Virus record (IMG/VR): IMGVR_UViG_3300042940_001100 | Coordinates: 1-64,000 of that record | Origin: a virus | Direction: 5' to 3' (one strand) | Length of the DNA stretch: 64,000 nucleotides | Shown here: positions 16,233-26,237 of the stretch, one piece after another | Numbering within the stretch: position 1 is the stretch's first letter | How the letters are laid out: each line of letters starts with the position of its first letter | Notes under the pieces: model-generated | What the model saw: the letters and a program-made list of their open reading frames with translations, nothing else | The model's database searches: none | What the model was told of the DNA's origin: nothing | Program-made: the position numbers and the translations under genes

Positions 16233-19001
16233 ATGCAAGTACTCAACGCATTACAAATGAAATCCGGCAAAAAAGCCGAGTATAATAGGATGGGTTCTAT
16301 TACTCAGCCTTTACAGTTTTTGCCAAGAAAAGACAAAGATCCGGAGTGGGCTGCTTGGAATCTAGACTGGCTTGAGTGGAACGGCCTTAAGCAACTTCGC
16401 AGAAATGCAAGAAGGCTTATGAAAAATTATAAGTTAGCTAAAGGAGTAATTGATAGAAATGATTATGTCATAGAGGAAGATAATGAAATGAGAGATCTTG
16501 TAGATACTCTTACTAAAGAAGATCCTAGTGTACTTGAGTTAAAGTTCTATCCTATCATTCCTAATATTATAAATGTTCTTACCTCAGAGTTTTCTAAAAG
16601 AAATAGTAAAATCACTTTTCAAGCAAAAGATGAGTATTCTTACAATGAACAACTAGAACAAAAAAGATCTCAAGTTGAGAATGTTCTTCTACAACAAGCT
16701 GAACAAAAGCTTTTAGCTAAAATGCTTGAGCAAGGTCTTGATGAGAATGATCCTGAAGTTCAGCAACAAATGCAACAACAACTGTCTCCAGAAAACCTTA
16801 AAACACTTCCTGAAATACAAAACTTCTTTGATAAAGATTATAGAAGTATGTGTGAACAATGGGCTATGCATCAAACTAAAATTGATGAAGAGCGCTTTAA
16901 GATGGATGAATTAGAAGAGCGTGGTTTCCGTGATTCTCTTATTACAGATAGAGAGTTCTGGCATTTTAAGATGATGGAAGATGATTATGATATTGAGTTA
17001 TGGAATCCTGTGACTACTTTTTATCATAAATCTCCTGAAGCAAGATATATCTCTCAAGGTAATTGGGTTGGTAGAATTGAGATGTTAACTGTTGCTGATG
17101 TTATTGATAAGTATGGTTATGCCATGACTCAAGAACAATTGGAATCTATTGAAGCTATTTATCCGGTTAGATCTGCTGGTTATCCTCTACAGGGTTACCA
17201 GAATGATGGATCATATTATGATGCTACCAAGTCTCATGAATGGAATACTAATATGCCGTCCTTAGCCTACAGACAGTTTACATCTATGTATGACAACTTT
17301 GTGTATAATGGTGGTGATATTATTAATTGGATCATGGCTGAAGGAGAAGACTACGCGCCTATGGGTGCAGCTTTCTTACTCCGTGTAACAACTGCTTATT
17401 GGAAATCACAAAGAAAAGTAGGTCACTTAACTAAGATTAGTGATAATGGTGAAGTAGCTACAGATATCATTGGTGAAGATTATATCATCACAGACAAACC
17501 TATCTATGATACAACTTTAATAAAAAATAAAAGTAAAGATAATTTAATTTTTGGTGAGCATATAGATTGGATTTGGATTAATCAAACATGGGGTGGTGTA
17601 AAGATTGGCCCTAATCATCCAAGCTTTTGGGGTATGAATAATCCAGGAGGAATAAATCCTATGTATTTAGGTATTGATCAAAATAGAATGGGTCCTCTTA
17701 AGTTTCAGTTCAAAGGTGAGAATACTCTTTATGGATGTAAACTACCTGTAGAGGGAGCTGTATTCAATGACAGAAATACAAGATCAACTTCTATGGTTGA
17801 CTTAATGAAGCCTTTCCAGATCGGGTACAATATTGTAAACAATCAGATTGCTGATATCCTTATTGACGAGCTAGGCACAGTAATCATGTTAGATCAGAAT
17901 GCATTACCTAAGCGCTCATTAGGAGAAGACTGGGGTAAGAACAACTTTGCCAAGGCTTATGTAGCAATGAAGAATTTTCAGATCTTACCTTTAGATACAT
18001 CTATTGCTAATACAGAAAACTCAATCTCTCAGAATCCTTTCCAGGTAATGAACTTAGAGCAGACTAACCGTATGATGTCTAGGATCCAAATGGCTAATTA
18101 TTTCAAGCAACAATGTTTTGAAGTAATAGGAATTACACCACAAAGATTAGGTCAACAGATTGGACAAACAGATACAGCCAAAGGCATAGAACAAGCTGTT
18201 GCAGGATCTTTTGCTCAAACAGAACCATACTTTATTCAACACTCTGATTACTTGATGCCTCGCGTGCACCAGATGCGCACAGACCTAGCCCAGTATTATC
18301 AATCAACTAAACCTTCTATTAGATTACAATACATAACATCTAGTGATGAGAAAGTTAATTTTGAAATGAATGGTACAGATCTTTTATTAAGAGATCTTAA
18401 TATTTTTGCTACAACTAAGGCTAATCAAAGAGCTATTCTAGAACAAATGAAAAACTTAGCAGTTAGTAATAATACTGCCGGTGCTACTATTTATGATCTA
18501 GGAACTATCATGCAAACAGAATCTATGGGTGAGCTTACAAATTCACTTAAAGCTATTGATAGAAAAACTACAGCTCAACGTCAAGAAGAGCAACAGCATG
18601 CTCAGCAAATGCAAGAACAAGAAATGCAAACTAGACTTCAAGAGAAGCAAATGCAGCTTGATCATGATATGCAAGAGAAAGAAAAAGATAGAAGAAAAGA
18701 TATTCTTATTGCAGAGATTAAATCTGCAGGATACGGTGCTATGGAGGATATTAATGCTAATCAACAAAGTGATTATTTAGATGCATTAGGTCAGATTCAA
18801 AAGTCAGAACAATTTCAGGAAACAATGGGTCTTCAGAATAGCAAAGAAACTAATAGAATGACCAATGATAGAGAGAAAGCACAAATTGAAAGAGAAAAAA
18901 TGCAGACTCAAATAAAGTTAAAGCAAACAGATTTGGAGATAGCCAGGGAAAATAAGAATAAATTTGATAATAAAAAGCCTGATACAAAGAAGAAGAAATA
19001 G
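16233..19001 (+). CDS. portal protein (crAss-like)
   Basis: 922 aa after TerL; YPIIPNIINVL, KLP, MKPFQIGYNIVNNQI and GITPQRLGQ motifs; long Q/E-rich C-terminal coiled coil (barrel). Confidence 0.85.
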   Translation: MQVLNALQMKSGKKAEYNRMGSITQPLQFLPRKDKDPEWAAWNLDWLEWNGLKQLRRNARRLMKNYKLAKGVIDRNDYVIEEDNEMRDLVDTLTKEDPSVLELKFYPIIPNIINVLTSEFSKRNSKITFQAKDEYSYNEQLEQKRSQVENVLLQQAEQKLLAKMLEQGLDENDPEVQQQMQQQLSPENLKTLPEIQNFFDKDYRSMCEQWAMHQTKIDEERFKMDELEERGFRDSLITDREFWHFKMMEDDYDIELWNPVTTFYHKSPEARYISQGNWVGRIEMLTVADVIDKYGYAMTQEQLESIEAIYPVRSAGYPLQGYQNDGSYYDATKSHEWNTNMPSLAYRQFTSMYDNFVYNGGDIINWIMAEGEDYAPMGAAFLLRVTTAYWKSQRKVGHLTKISDNGEVATDIIGEDYIITDKPIYDTTLIKNKSKDNLIFGEHIDWIWINQTWGGVKIGPNHPSFWGMNNPGGINPMYLGIDQNRMGPLKFQFKGENTLYGCKLPVEGAVFNDRNTRSTSMVDLMKPFQIGYNIVNNQIADILIDELGTVIMLDQNALPKRSLGEDWGKNNFAKAYVAMKNFQILPLDTSIANTENSISQNPFQVMNLEQTNRMMSRIQMANYFKQQCFEVIGITPQRLGQQIGQTDTAKGIEQAVAGSFAQTEPYFIQHSDYLMPRVHQMRTDLAQYYQSTKPSIRLQYITSSDEKVNFEMNGTDLLLRDLNIFATTKANQRAILEQMKNLAVSNNTAGATIYDLGTIMQTESMGELTNSLKAIDRKTTAQRQEEQQHAQQMQEQEMQTRLQEKQMQLDHDMQEKEKDRRKDILIAEIKSAGYGAMEDINANQQSDYLDALGQIQKSEQFQETMGLQNSKETNRMTNDREKAQIEREKMQTQIKLKQTDLEIARENKNKFDNKKPDTKKKK

Positions 19002-19073
19002 TCTATAGCTATATATTGCAAAATTTTAATATAGGGCTTATAGAATATTTCAAATGTATAAAGTTTAATTAGT

Positions 19074-19081
19074 TAAATTTG
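19074..19081 (+). promoter_or_regulatory. Bacteroidota -7 element before the scaffold/capsid genes
   Basis: TAAATTTG in the intergenic gap. Confidence 0.5.
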
Positions 19082-19109
19082 TTACAGTAAATTAAATAAA
19101 CCAACAACT

Positions 19110-20366
19110 ATGAGTAATAATGAAACAACTACAGTAAATCAACAAGACATAAATCTTGATGACTTACTAGGTACACCGGGTGCAGAGAACATCATGGTGC
19201 CTGAAAAGAAAGAAGAGAAACCAGGGATGTTTTCTAGAGCTTCTAAAGTAGATCTTACGTTCCTTGATAAAGCTGATGATTCTTCTTCAGAAGAAGCTGG
19301 TGAAAATGCTGATAAAGCTGCACCTAACATCAGTGTAGAAGAGGCTAATAAGACTTTAGATAATCTTATTACTAATCCAGAAGATACTTCTAATAATGAA
19401 GAGTCTTCTAAAAAAACAGGAAGACCTACAGGCCTAGTAGAATTAGGTACAAGACTTATTGAAAAAGGTATCTTAACTCCTTTTGAAGGAGAAGAAGATG
19501 TAAGTAAATATACTCTTAAAGATTGGGAAGAGTTATTTGAATCTAATGAAAATGCCAAAAAACAAAAGTTTGGTAAAGAAGCTTCTGAAGAATTCTATGA
19601 ACAACTTCCTGAAGAATTACAAGTAGCAGCACACTATGTTGCTAATGGTGGTAATGACCTAAAGAGCTTATTTAGATCCTTAGCAGCGGTAGAAGAAATT
19701 CGCCAGTTAGATACTTCTGATGAATCCAGTCAAGAACAAATTGTTAGAAGCTATTTACATGCTACACAATTTGGTACAGCTGAAGATATTGAAGAGGAAA
19801 TAGAAGCTTGGAAAGATAGAGATGAATTAGAGGCTAAGGCTAACAAATTCAAACCAAAATTAGATGCTATGCAAGAGCAAATTGTTGCAAGACAATTACA
19901 ACAACAAGAAGTTAAGCGTAAGCAACAACAACAACAAGCTGCAATATACACAGATTCAATATATAAAACTCTTGAACCTGGTGAGATTAATGGAATTAAG
20001 ATAGACAAGAAAGTACAGAATATGTTATTTGGCGGTTTAACTCAAGCAAATTATCCTTCAGTATCTGGTAGAAATACAAACTTACTTGGTCACTTATTAG
20101 AAAAGTATCAATATGTAGAACCTAATCCTGCTCTGATTAGTGAAGCACTTTGGTTATTAGCTGATCCAGATGGATACAAAGCTAAGCTTAAAGCTGTAGG
20201 TGGTAAAGATCAAGTAGAGAAAACAGTGCGTACACTGAAGACAGAACAAAACAATAAAATTACATCTAACTTTCAAGAAGAAGATGACAATGCTAGCAGA
20301 AAAAAATCAGGTGGTTCACCAGGTTTAGCAAGACCTTCTGGTAGCTTTTTTGCAAGAAATAAATAA
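19110..20366 (+). CDS. acidic scaffold-like capsid assembly protein
   Basis: Highly acidic with a disordered N-terminus and coiled coil; lies between portal and capsid genes. Confidence 0.6.
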   Translation: MSNNETTTVNQQDINLDDLLGTPGAENIMVPEKKEEKPGMFSRASKVDLTFLDKADDSSSEEAGENADKAAPNISVEEANKTLDNLITNPEDTSNNEESSKKTGRPTGLVELGTRLIEKGILTPFEGEEDVSKYTLKDWEELFESNENAKKQKFGKEASEEFYEQLPEELQVAAHYVANGGNDLKSLFRSLAAVEEIRQLDTSDESSQEQIVRSYLHATQFGTAEDIEEEIEAWKDRDELEAKANKFKPKLDAMQEQIVARQLQQQEVKRKQQQQQAAIYTDSIYKTLEPGEINGIKIDKKVQNMLFGGLTQANYPSVSGRNTNLLGHLLEKYQYVEPNPALISEALWLLADPDGYKAKLKAVGGKDQVEKTVRTLKTEQNNKITSNFQEEDDNASRKKSGGSPGLARPSGSFFARNK

Positions 20367-20408
20367 CAACAATTAAATATAAATATAAACTAAAAACAAA
20401 AACAAAAA

Positions 20409-22046
20409 ATGGCAACTCCAGTATTAAACAATGGTATATTCTTGCGTGACACAAACTACAATGCTAGTTCTCACGTAGATTCATACCACTTAGTAAACAT
20501 GTTAAAAGATGCAGAACCAATGGACTTAGGTCCGGTAGACATTTGGGCTATGGCTCAAAAAGTTGAAATGCCTCTTTACCAATTATCTTCATTTGGTGGT
20601 AAGAATATTATCATGGTTGAAAATGCTCGTGGTGAGTACAAATGGCAAACTCCTGTTAGTCAAGACTTACCATACATCATTGAAGACATTGAACCAGCTA
20701 ACCTTACTAAAGGTGTTGATGGTACTCCTTTCAAAATTAAAGTTAACAAGCGTGAGTTTGGTCATGGTGATATTATCACTTATGACAAATACAATGGTTG
20801 TGAGATGTACATTACTGCAGATGATATCCTACCTATGGGTGATGGTTTTATCTACACTGTACAATTAGTAAACAATGACAACTACAAGTTCCTTGAGAAC
20901 AAGTATTTAGTATCTCAAACTAAATTATTCCGTAAAGGTTCTGCCCGCGGAGAGTATGGTGAGAGATTCTCTGATATTCAGACTCGCTCTGGATTCCGTG
21001 AGTTCTATAACTTCGTAGGAGGTGCAGAAGCTCATGTACATTATTCTATCTCATCTCGTGCTGACTTGATGTTAAAAGGTGGAATGGCTGCAGATGGTAC
21101 AGTTCCTGTAACTGAGATCTGGAGAAACTTTGATACACAATTAGATCCTGCTATTAGCAAGATTGAAGATGTAGCAAGCAAAATGGGTAAAGATTACTTA
21201 AAGCGTGCTATTGGTAATGGTACTTTAACCCGTACTTTCTTAACTACTATGGAAGCAGCTCACTTAACTAAGATTGCTACTGACATCGAGACTTACTTAA
21301 TGTGGGGTCATGGTGGACGTATTAAGCAAGATGGTCCAGATGACATGCGTTTATCAGTAGGTTTATGGAAGCAATTAGACAACTCTTACAAGCGTGTGTA
21401 TAACAAAGCTAGCTTTAGCTTAGAATTATTCCGTGCTGAGTTATATAACTTCTATGCAGGACGTGTTGAATTCCAAGGTCCAGATCCTAAGAGACAATTA
21501 ATTGTTCAAACAGGTATGGGTGGTATGAGATTAGTAAATGAGGCTATCAAGCGTGAGGCAGTAAACACAGGTTTAATGATCAACATGGGTGATGGTAAAA
21601 ATGGTGGAGGCGGTATTGGAGCTATCACTGGTCAAGGTATGGATCTAAACTTTGGATTCTCTTTCACTAGTTATGTAATTCCTTTCTTAGCTAATGTTAA
21701 GTTTGTTCTTAACCCAGCATTTGATAACTTACACACTAATGATATTGAGAACCCAATCATTGATGGAAATCCATTAAGCTCTTATAGCTTTGTGATCTTT
21801 GATATCACTGATACAGGAAATGACAACATCTTCATGTTGAAATTATCTTGGGATAATCAATTAAAGTGGTGGTACCAAAATGGTACTATGGATTACATGG
21901 GAAGAACTCAAGGGTTCCAATCTAGTGGACAATTCAATGGATACCGTGTTATGATGACTCAAACAATGCCAGCTATCTGGGTAAAAGATCCTACCAAGGT
22001 TCTTAAGATTGTAATGAGAAATCCTATCACTGGAGGATCATTCTAA
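20409..22046 (+). CDS. major capsid protein (crAss-like)
   Basis: 545 aa after the portal and scaffold genes; YKWQ, E-T-YLMWG...GLWKQL and VKDPTK motifs; high-expression codon use (CGT, TTC, AAC). Confidence 0.85.
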   Translation: MATPVLNNGIFLRDTNYNASSHVDSYHLVNMLKDAEPMDLGPVDIWAMAQKVEMPLYQLSSFGGKNIIMVENARGEYKWQTPVSQDLPYIIEDIEPANLTKGVDGTPFKIKVNKREFGHGDIITYDKYNGCEMYITADDILPMGDGFIYTVQLVNNDNYKFLENKYLVSQTKLFRKGSARGEYGERFSDIQTRSGFREFYNFVGGAEAHVHYSISSRADLMLKGGMAADGTVPVTEIWRNFDTQLDPAISKIEDVASKMGKDYLKRAIGNGTLTRTFLTTMEAAHLTKIATDIETYLMWGHGGRIKQDGPDDMRLSVGLWKQLDNSYKRVYNKASFSLELFRAELYNFYAGRVEFQGPDPKRQLIVQTGMGGMRLVNEAIKREAVNTGLMINMGDGKNGGGGIGAITGQGMDLNFGFSFTSYVIPFLANVKFVLNPAFDNLHTNDIENPIIDGNPLSSYSFVIFDITDTGNDNIFMLKLSWDNQLKWWYQNGTMDYMGRTQGFQSSGQFNGYRVMMTQTMPAIWVKDPTKVLKIVMRNPITGGSF

Positions 22047-22051
22047 TACTT

Positions 22052-22144
22052 GTGCTTGAGGGAAGATTTTTCATACTTTTCTTCCCTCATATAAGCACCT
22101 GCCTGGGGATGCGTCATTAACAGAGCTCGTAACTCTGCCCAGGA
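22052..22144 (+). other. two structured elements downstream of the capsid gene
   Basis: Long hairpin 22052-22098, then CCTGGG/CCCAGG enclosing CAGAG-CTCGTAA-CTCTG. Confidence 0.5.
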
Positions 22145-22174
22145 ACTAATTATTAATATTTAAAAACATATACA

Positions 22175-22762
22175 ATGAAATTATTCAATAACAATCCAGC
22201 AAGTACTTTTAAAAATATTAAACAATTTGTAACTTATTTTCAAGGAGATAATAGACTTGGGGCAAGCATACAACAAGTAAATGATGTAATTACAAATTTT
22301 AATAGTATACTTTCATATAGAGTATATGATTTGTTAATCTCAATTCCTGGTCCAGTTTTTCAACCAGAAAATTTTCGATTACTTGCTACTGGTGGTAATA
22401 ATGAAACAGGTTGTACTGTAAGTTGTAATCCAAATTATCAAACATGTTGTGCTGGACAAAGTAAAGAGGATGTAGGCTTTGTTATGGACTCTGTAGTTTA
22501 TATTGGGGTTGGTGTATACGACTTTACTTTTAAGGCTAATGCAAAGGTTTATCCAACAGGAATAGACCATATAGGATTTTCTTTTACTCCTTTTTCTGAT
22601 ATAGCTCATCAGGTGGCTGTTGAAAGAATAATATCTGGAGGTACTGTTGATCCATTAATTGCCACATACAGAGTTAAAACTTTTAATGCAGCAGTACCTG
22701 CAGATAATATTTTAAATAAAACTATAATGGCTACAAAAACCTATTTTATAGGAGTAAATTAA
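22175..22762 (+). CDS. hypothetical virion-associated protein
   Basis: 195 aa, beta-rich, with a Cys loop (CTVSCNPNYQTCC). Confidence 0.6.
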   Translation: MKLFNNNPASTFKNIKQFVTYFQGDNRLGASIQQVNDVITNFNSILSYRVYDLLISIPGPVFQPENFRLLATGGNNETGCTVSCNPNYQTCCAGQSKEDVGFVMDSVVYIGVGVYDFTFKANAKVYPTGIDHIGFSFTPFSDIAHQVAVERIISGGTVDPLIATYRVKTFNAAVPADNILNKTIMATKTYFIGVN

Positions 22763-22800
22763 GATCAAATAAATAATATAAACCAACAAAAAAAACCAAC

Positions 22801-23817
22801 ATGAGTATCACAATTGTATCCCTAGCTGAGACAGCTAAATCTGGCAGTATATCTGTTAAACCGTTCTTTGACCCCAATAAAGCTAATCTAGGCCTAGAGA
22901 AATATGGCTTAGCATTATTTGATGGAGTATTTCATGAAGAGCAACTTGCTTGTATTGAGCGTAATGGTATCAAGAGATACATTACAGGTCTTAATGAGTT
23001 TGCCCCAGAGGTTAAACTTATTGCAGACAAAGAAGTACGCGAAGCTAAGATCAGAGAGATCCGTACAATAGTAACACAACTTGAAAGAGAACTTGCTACT
23101 AATGTGCTAGATCCTGAGGATCCTGATTTTTGGAATAAAGTTCAATTACTTCAACCAAACAATCATGAGTTCTGGGAAAGAATCTCAATCCGTTGTGGTA
23201 ATGAGCCGGTGCATTTAGATCCTGCAAAAGATCCTTATGACTTAATTAAGTTATATGCAATTGATGCTGGTGGATTCTCTATTGTATGTAAAAGTTATGA
23301 TGAGGCCCGCAGTAAAGCTGTTCCACCTAAGTTTTACTTAGACAGATTTATAGATACTGTATCTACTAAAACTGAGATCAGCAAAATCCGTAATAAAGCA
23401 TTATCTGAGCTTATTAAAATGTTTGATAAAAACCAGAATAAGTTGTTTTATGTATGTAAAGTTGTTGATGGAAATAGTGTTCAATACAAGAAGACTACTC
23501 CTAATGATGTTCTATATGACAACATGGATAAATTCATTACAGGAGAAGGTATTGAGACTAACTTAAGAAGAGCTGCTCAGACATTCTTGGATGCATGCGC
23601 GCTAGATATGGAGACACTTAAAATTAAGTCAATTGTAAAAGATGCAACTTTTTATAAGTTTATCTCTCCTAAAGCTGACGGGTTTATCTACCACACAGAC
23701 AGTGCTTCAATGTTAGGTAGAAATGTATCTGATTGTATAGAGTATTTGAAGAATCCATTAAATGATTCTATCTTACTTGATTTAACTAAGAAAGTAGAAA
23801 AGTATTGGAGTGTATAA
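22801..23817 (+). CDS. conserved capsid-module protein of unknown function
   Basis: 338 aa; position matches the conserved gene after the capsid gene in crAss-like phages (inferred from synteny). Confidence 0.6.
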   Translation: MSITIVSLAETAKSGSISVKPFFDPNKANLGLEKYGLALFDGVFHEEQLACIERNGIKRYITGLNEFAPEVKLIADKEVREAKIREIRTIVTQLERELATNVLDPEDPDFWNKVQLLQPNNHEFWERISIRCGNEPVHLDPAKDPYDLIKLYAIDAGGFSIVCKSYDEARSKAVPPKFYLDRFIDTVSTKTEISKIRNKALSELIKMFDKNQNKLFYVCKVVDGNSVQYKKTTPNDVLYDNMDKFITGEGIETNLRRAAQTFLDACALDMETLKIKSIVKDATFYKFISPKADGFIYHTDSASMLGRNVSDCIEYLKNPLNDSILLDLTKKVEKYWSV

Positions 23818-23840
23818 TAAAAACTAAAAAATAATATATC

Positions 23841-24011
23841 ATGACTGGACAAATGAAAAACCCAAATGTATGTCCTGTAGTTGTAACAACTCCAGGCGGG
23901 CGCGTAGGAGGCACAAATGCTTCTGTAACAGTATTAACTAACCCAACCAAGTATACTGGTGGCTTTAATAAAGCTGCTTGTGATGTACCAACTGGTAAAT
24001 TAAAAAAATAA
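23841..24011 (+). CDS. small basic protein, 56 aa (not in track)
   Basis: MTGQMKNPNVCPVVVTTPGGRVGGTNAS...; similar to 24335 (VVTKPTGKTGGTN). Confidence 0.65.
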   Translation: MTGQMKNPNVCPVVVTTPGGRVGGTNASVTVLTNPTKYTGGFNKAACDVPTGKLKK

Positions 24012-24014
24012 GAC

Positions 24015-24332
24015 ATGGCAAAAAAACTAGAAAAAGCCCAAGCGGGTAAGATAGTAAAAGCAGTAGCCAAGGGTGCTAAAGGCGCATATAAAAATTATAT
24101 GAGGAATGTAGACCAGCCTAGAACTAAAGCTTACGTAGCTGCATTAGGTGTTGGAGCAGGTGCTGGTTATGCTGCACTAACACCAACCATCCGGAAAGTT
24201 GAAGCTAGAGAAAAAGCTTTAGTACCAATTAAAGAAAAATATGGAAACAATGTAGCAGATTCTACAAGAGCTAAGATGCGAAGGATGGACGATAAAAAAA
24301 CAGGTGGAGCAACTAAATCTAAAAAGAAATAA
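24015..24332 (+). CDS. small Lys-rich protein with KAQxG and KKxGG motifs
   Basis: MAKKLEKAQAGKIV...AALGVGAGAG...KKTGGATKSKKK. Confidence 0.75.
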   Translation: MAKKLEKAQAGKIVKAVAKGAKGAYKNYMRNVDQPRTKAYVAALGVGAGAGYAALTPTIRKVEAREKALVPIKEKYGNNVADSTRAKMRRMDDKKTGGATKSKKK

Positions 24333-24334
24333 TT

Positions 24335-24535
24335 ATGAAAGATATCAAAGCTAAAGTGGTTACTAAACCTACAGGTAAAACAGGTGGTACTAATGGTACT
24401 GCTAAAGTACAAAAAAGTATTAAAGCTAAACCTTCTGGTAAAGTTAACACTCCACCAAAAGGTGCAGTTCCTGCTGCTAAGTATGGTACTATGATGAAAA
24501 AAGGCGGTATGGTTAAATCTAAAAAATCTTGTTAA
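24335..24535 (+). CDS. small Lys-rich protein
   Basis: Ends MMKKGGMVKSKKSC. Confidence 0.7.
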   Translation: MKDIKAKVVTKPTGKTGGTNGTAKVQKSIKAKPSGKVNTPPKGAVPAAKYGTMMKKGGMVKSKKSC

Positions 24536-24536
24536 T

Positions 24537-24788
24537 ATGAAAAAGTTAGCTAAAAAACAAACAGGTGGATCTAAAGCTACAATCACTAGCACAACAGGTA
24601 CTGCAACTAAGAAGATTCGTCCAGTAATTGGAAAAGGTCCTACTAGAGAAAAAAGTATAGCTGATTTACCTCCAGCAAAAAATCCAATGTCTGGTCCATC
24701 ATCACCAAAACCTTCTAATCTTATACCACGTAAGATGAAGAGTGGTGGATCAACCGGTGCATTTGATAGATATTCTAAAAAGAAATAG
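24537..24788 (+). CDS. small Lys-rich protein
   Basis: MKKLAKKQTGG...KMKSGG. Confidence 0.7.
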   Translation: MKKLAKKQTGGSKATITSTTGTATKKIRPVIGKGPTREKSIADLPPAKNPMSGPSSPKPSNLIPRKMKSGGSTGAFDRYSKKK

Positions 24789-24790
24789 TA

Positions 24791-25024
24791 ATGGCAAAAA
24801 AATTAGCAAAAGCTCAATTTGGTAAAATAATCAAAGCAGCTGTTAAAACAGTAGCTAAAGAAGCAAAGCCTGTAGTTAAGGCTGTAAAACCTATGCTTGA
24901 TATTTCAAAAAAAGAAGTAGGTAATGCAGTAGCTTTATCTGAAAGAGCTAGATTAAAAGCACATCTTGAATCTTTATCTAAGAAAAAAATGGGTGGTGCC
25001 ACTAAAACTAAAAAAAAGAAATAA
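24791..25024 (+). CDS. small Lys-rich protein
   Basis: MAKKLAKAQFGKII...KKKMGGATKTKKKK. Confidence 0.75.
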   Translation: MAKKLAKAQFGKIIKAAVKTVAKEAKPVVKAVKPMLDISKKEVGNAVALSERARLKAHLESLSKKKMGGATKTKKKK

Positions 25025-25026
25025 TC

Positions 25027-25353
25027 ATGGCAAAAAAATGTGCAGCTTGTGAAAAAGCTAAAATGAAAAAAATGCAGTCTGGTGGTTCTATAGAGAGTTT
25101 TTTAAAATCAAAACCTTCTAAATCAGATAGTGCTAGAGCTGCTGAAAGTAAAAAAGCTATTAATGAATATATGAGTAAAAGCTTTAACAAAGATGTTAAA
25201 AATAGTCCTATAAGTAATGCAGCTAAAACTAAGACTATGGCTAAAGGTGGTTCTTTCCCTGATCTTAATAAAGATGGAAAAGTAACTAAAGCTGATATCT
25301 TAAAAGGCAGAGGTGTTATTAAAAAAATGGGTGGTCCTACTAAAAAGAAGTAA
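25027..25353 (+). CDS. small Lys-rich protein with an EF-hand-like loop
   Basis: MQSGG, MAKGG and KKMGG motifs; FPDLNKDGKVTKAD loop. Confidence 0.75.
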   Translation: MAKKCAACEKAKMKKMQSGGSIESFLKSKPSKSDSARAAESKKAINEYMSKSFNKDVKNSPISNAAKTKTMAKGGSFPDLNKDGKVTKADILKGRGVIKKMGGPTKKK

Positions 25354-25354
25354 T

Positions 25355-25636
25355 ATGAAAAAACTAGCAAAAGCTCAAATGGGCAAGATTGTTAAATCTG
25401 TAGGTAATACACTTCTTAAGAAAAGACCTACAAAACAAGTCTTTGGTGCAGCTGGTGCTATAACTGGTGGTTTAGGAACTGCAGCTGCTATCTCAACATA
25501 TCAAGCTAAAAAACAATTTGCAGAAAAAGAAAAAAGTCCAGAAGGTATTGCTCAAAAGAAAAAGTATGAAGATTTAAAAAAACAATATCCAAAGTCTTTT
25601 AAAAAAAAGATGGGTGGCTCAATTAAAAAGAAATAG
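25355..25636 (+). CDS. small Lys-rich protein (start revised)
   Basis: MKKLAKAQMGKIV...GAAGAITGGLG...KKKMGGSIKKK. Confidence 0.75.
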   Translation: MKKLAKAQMGKIVKSVGNTLLKKRPTKQVFGAAGAITGGLGTAAAISTYQAKKQFAEKEKSPEGIAQKKKYEDLKKQYPKSFKKKMGGSIKKK

Positions 25637-25637
25637 T

Positions 25638-25928
25638 ATGAAAAAAACAAGTAAAGCTTTACCTAAAGCACAGTATGGAAAAGTTATAAAAGCTGCTGGT
25701 AAAAGAGCTGCAGATGCTATAGTAAGAAAGAAAGAAATGGCTAATGATCTTAAAGCAGCAGCTGCACTAGGAGTAGGAGCAGGAGGATGGATGGCTGTAA
25801 ATGAAGATGTTAAAAAGAAAAAATTAGGACCATACTCTTCAAATAGCAGTGTTAACAAAACTCAAACAGACTCTCTTAGTAAAGCAAAGAAAAAAGTAGG
25901 TGGTGCTATTAAAAGTAAAAAGAAATAG
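25638..25928 (+). CDS. small Lys-rich protein (start revised)
   Basis: LPKAQYGKVI...AALGVGAGG...KKKVGGAIKSKKK. Confidence 0.75.
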   Translation: MKKTSKALPKAQYGKVIKAAGKRAADAIVRKKEMANDLKAAAALGVGAGGWMAVNEDVKKKKLGPYSSNSSVNKTQTDSLSKAKKKVGGAIKSKKK

Positions 25929-25930
25929 TA

Positions 25931-26086
25931 ATGGCTGAAAAAAAGGATAAGAATTGGATACAAAAAGCAGTTAATCCTGCACATAAAGGATACTGCACTC
26001 CAATGACTAAAGCTACTTGTACTCCTAAAAGGAAAGCATTAGCTATGACTTTTAAGAAAATGGCAGCTGCTAGAAAAAAGAAATAA
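25931..26086 (+). CDS. small basic protein, 51 aa (not in track)
   Basis: MAEKKDKNWIQKAVNPAHKGYCTPMTKATCTPKRKALAMTFKKM... Confidence 0.7.
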   Translation: MAEKKDKNWIQKAVNPAHKGYCTPMTKATCTPKRKALAMTFKKMAAARKKK

Positions 26087-26087
26087 T

Positions 26088-26237
26088 ATGGCAAAGCAGA
26101 TGATCAAAAGAAAAGATGGTAGTGTATCTCAAAGAGGTCTTTGGGATAACATCAGAGCTAACAAAGGTTCTGGTAAAGCACCTACCAAAGAAATGCTTAA
26201 ACAAGAAAAAAAGATTAAAGCTAAAACTAAGAAATAA
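26088..26237 (+). CDS. small basic protein, 49 aa (not in track)
   Basis: MAKQMIKRKDGSVSQRGLWDNIRANKGSGK...; TAATG-coupled to the next gene. Confidence 0.7.
   Translation: MAKQMIKRKDGSVSQRGLWDNIRANKGSGKAPTKEMLKQEKKIKAKTKK

Noticed and set aside
14022-22046. Introns or inteins in terminase, portal or capsid genes
   Set aside because: The ORFs are continuous, of expected size, and show no intein or homing-endonuclease motifs
22102-22144. Canonical tRNA gene
   Set aside because: Only about 43 nt, with no D or anticodon arm and no TTC loop; kept only as a tRNA-like structure
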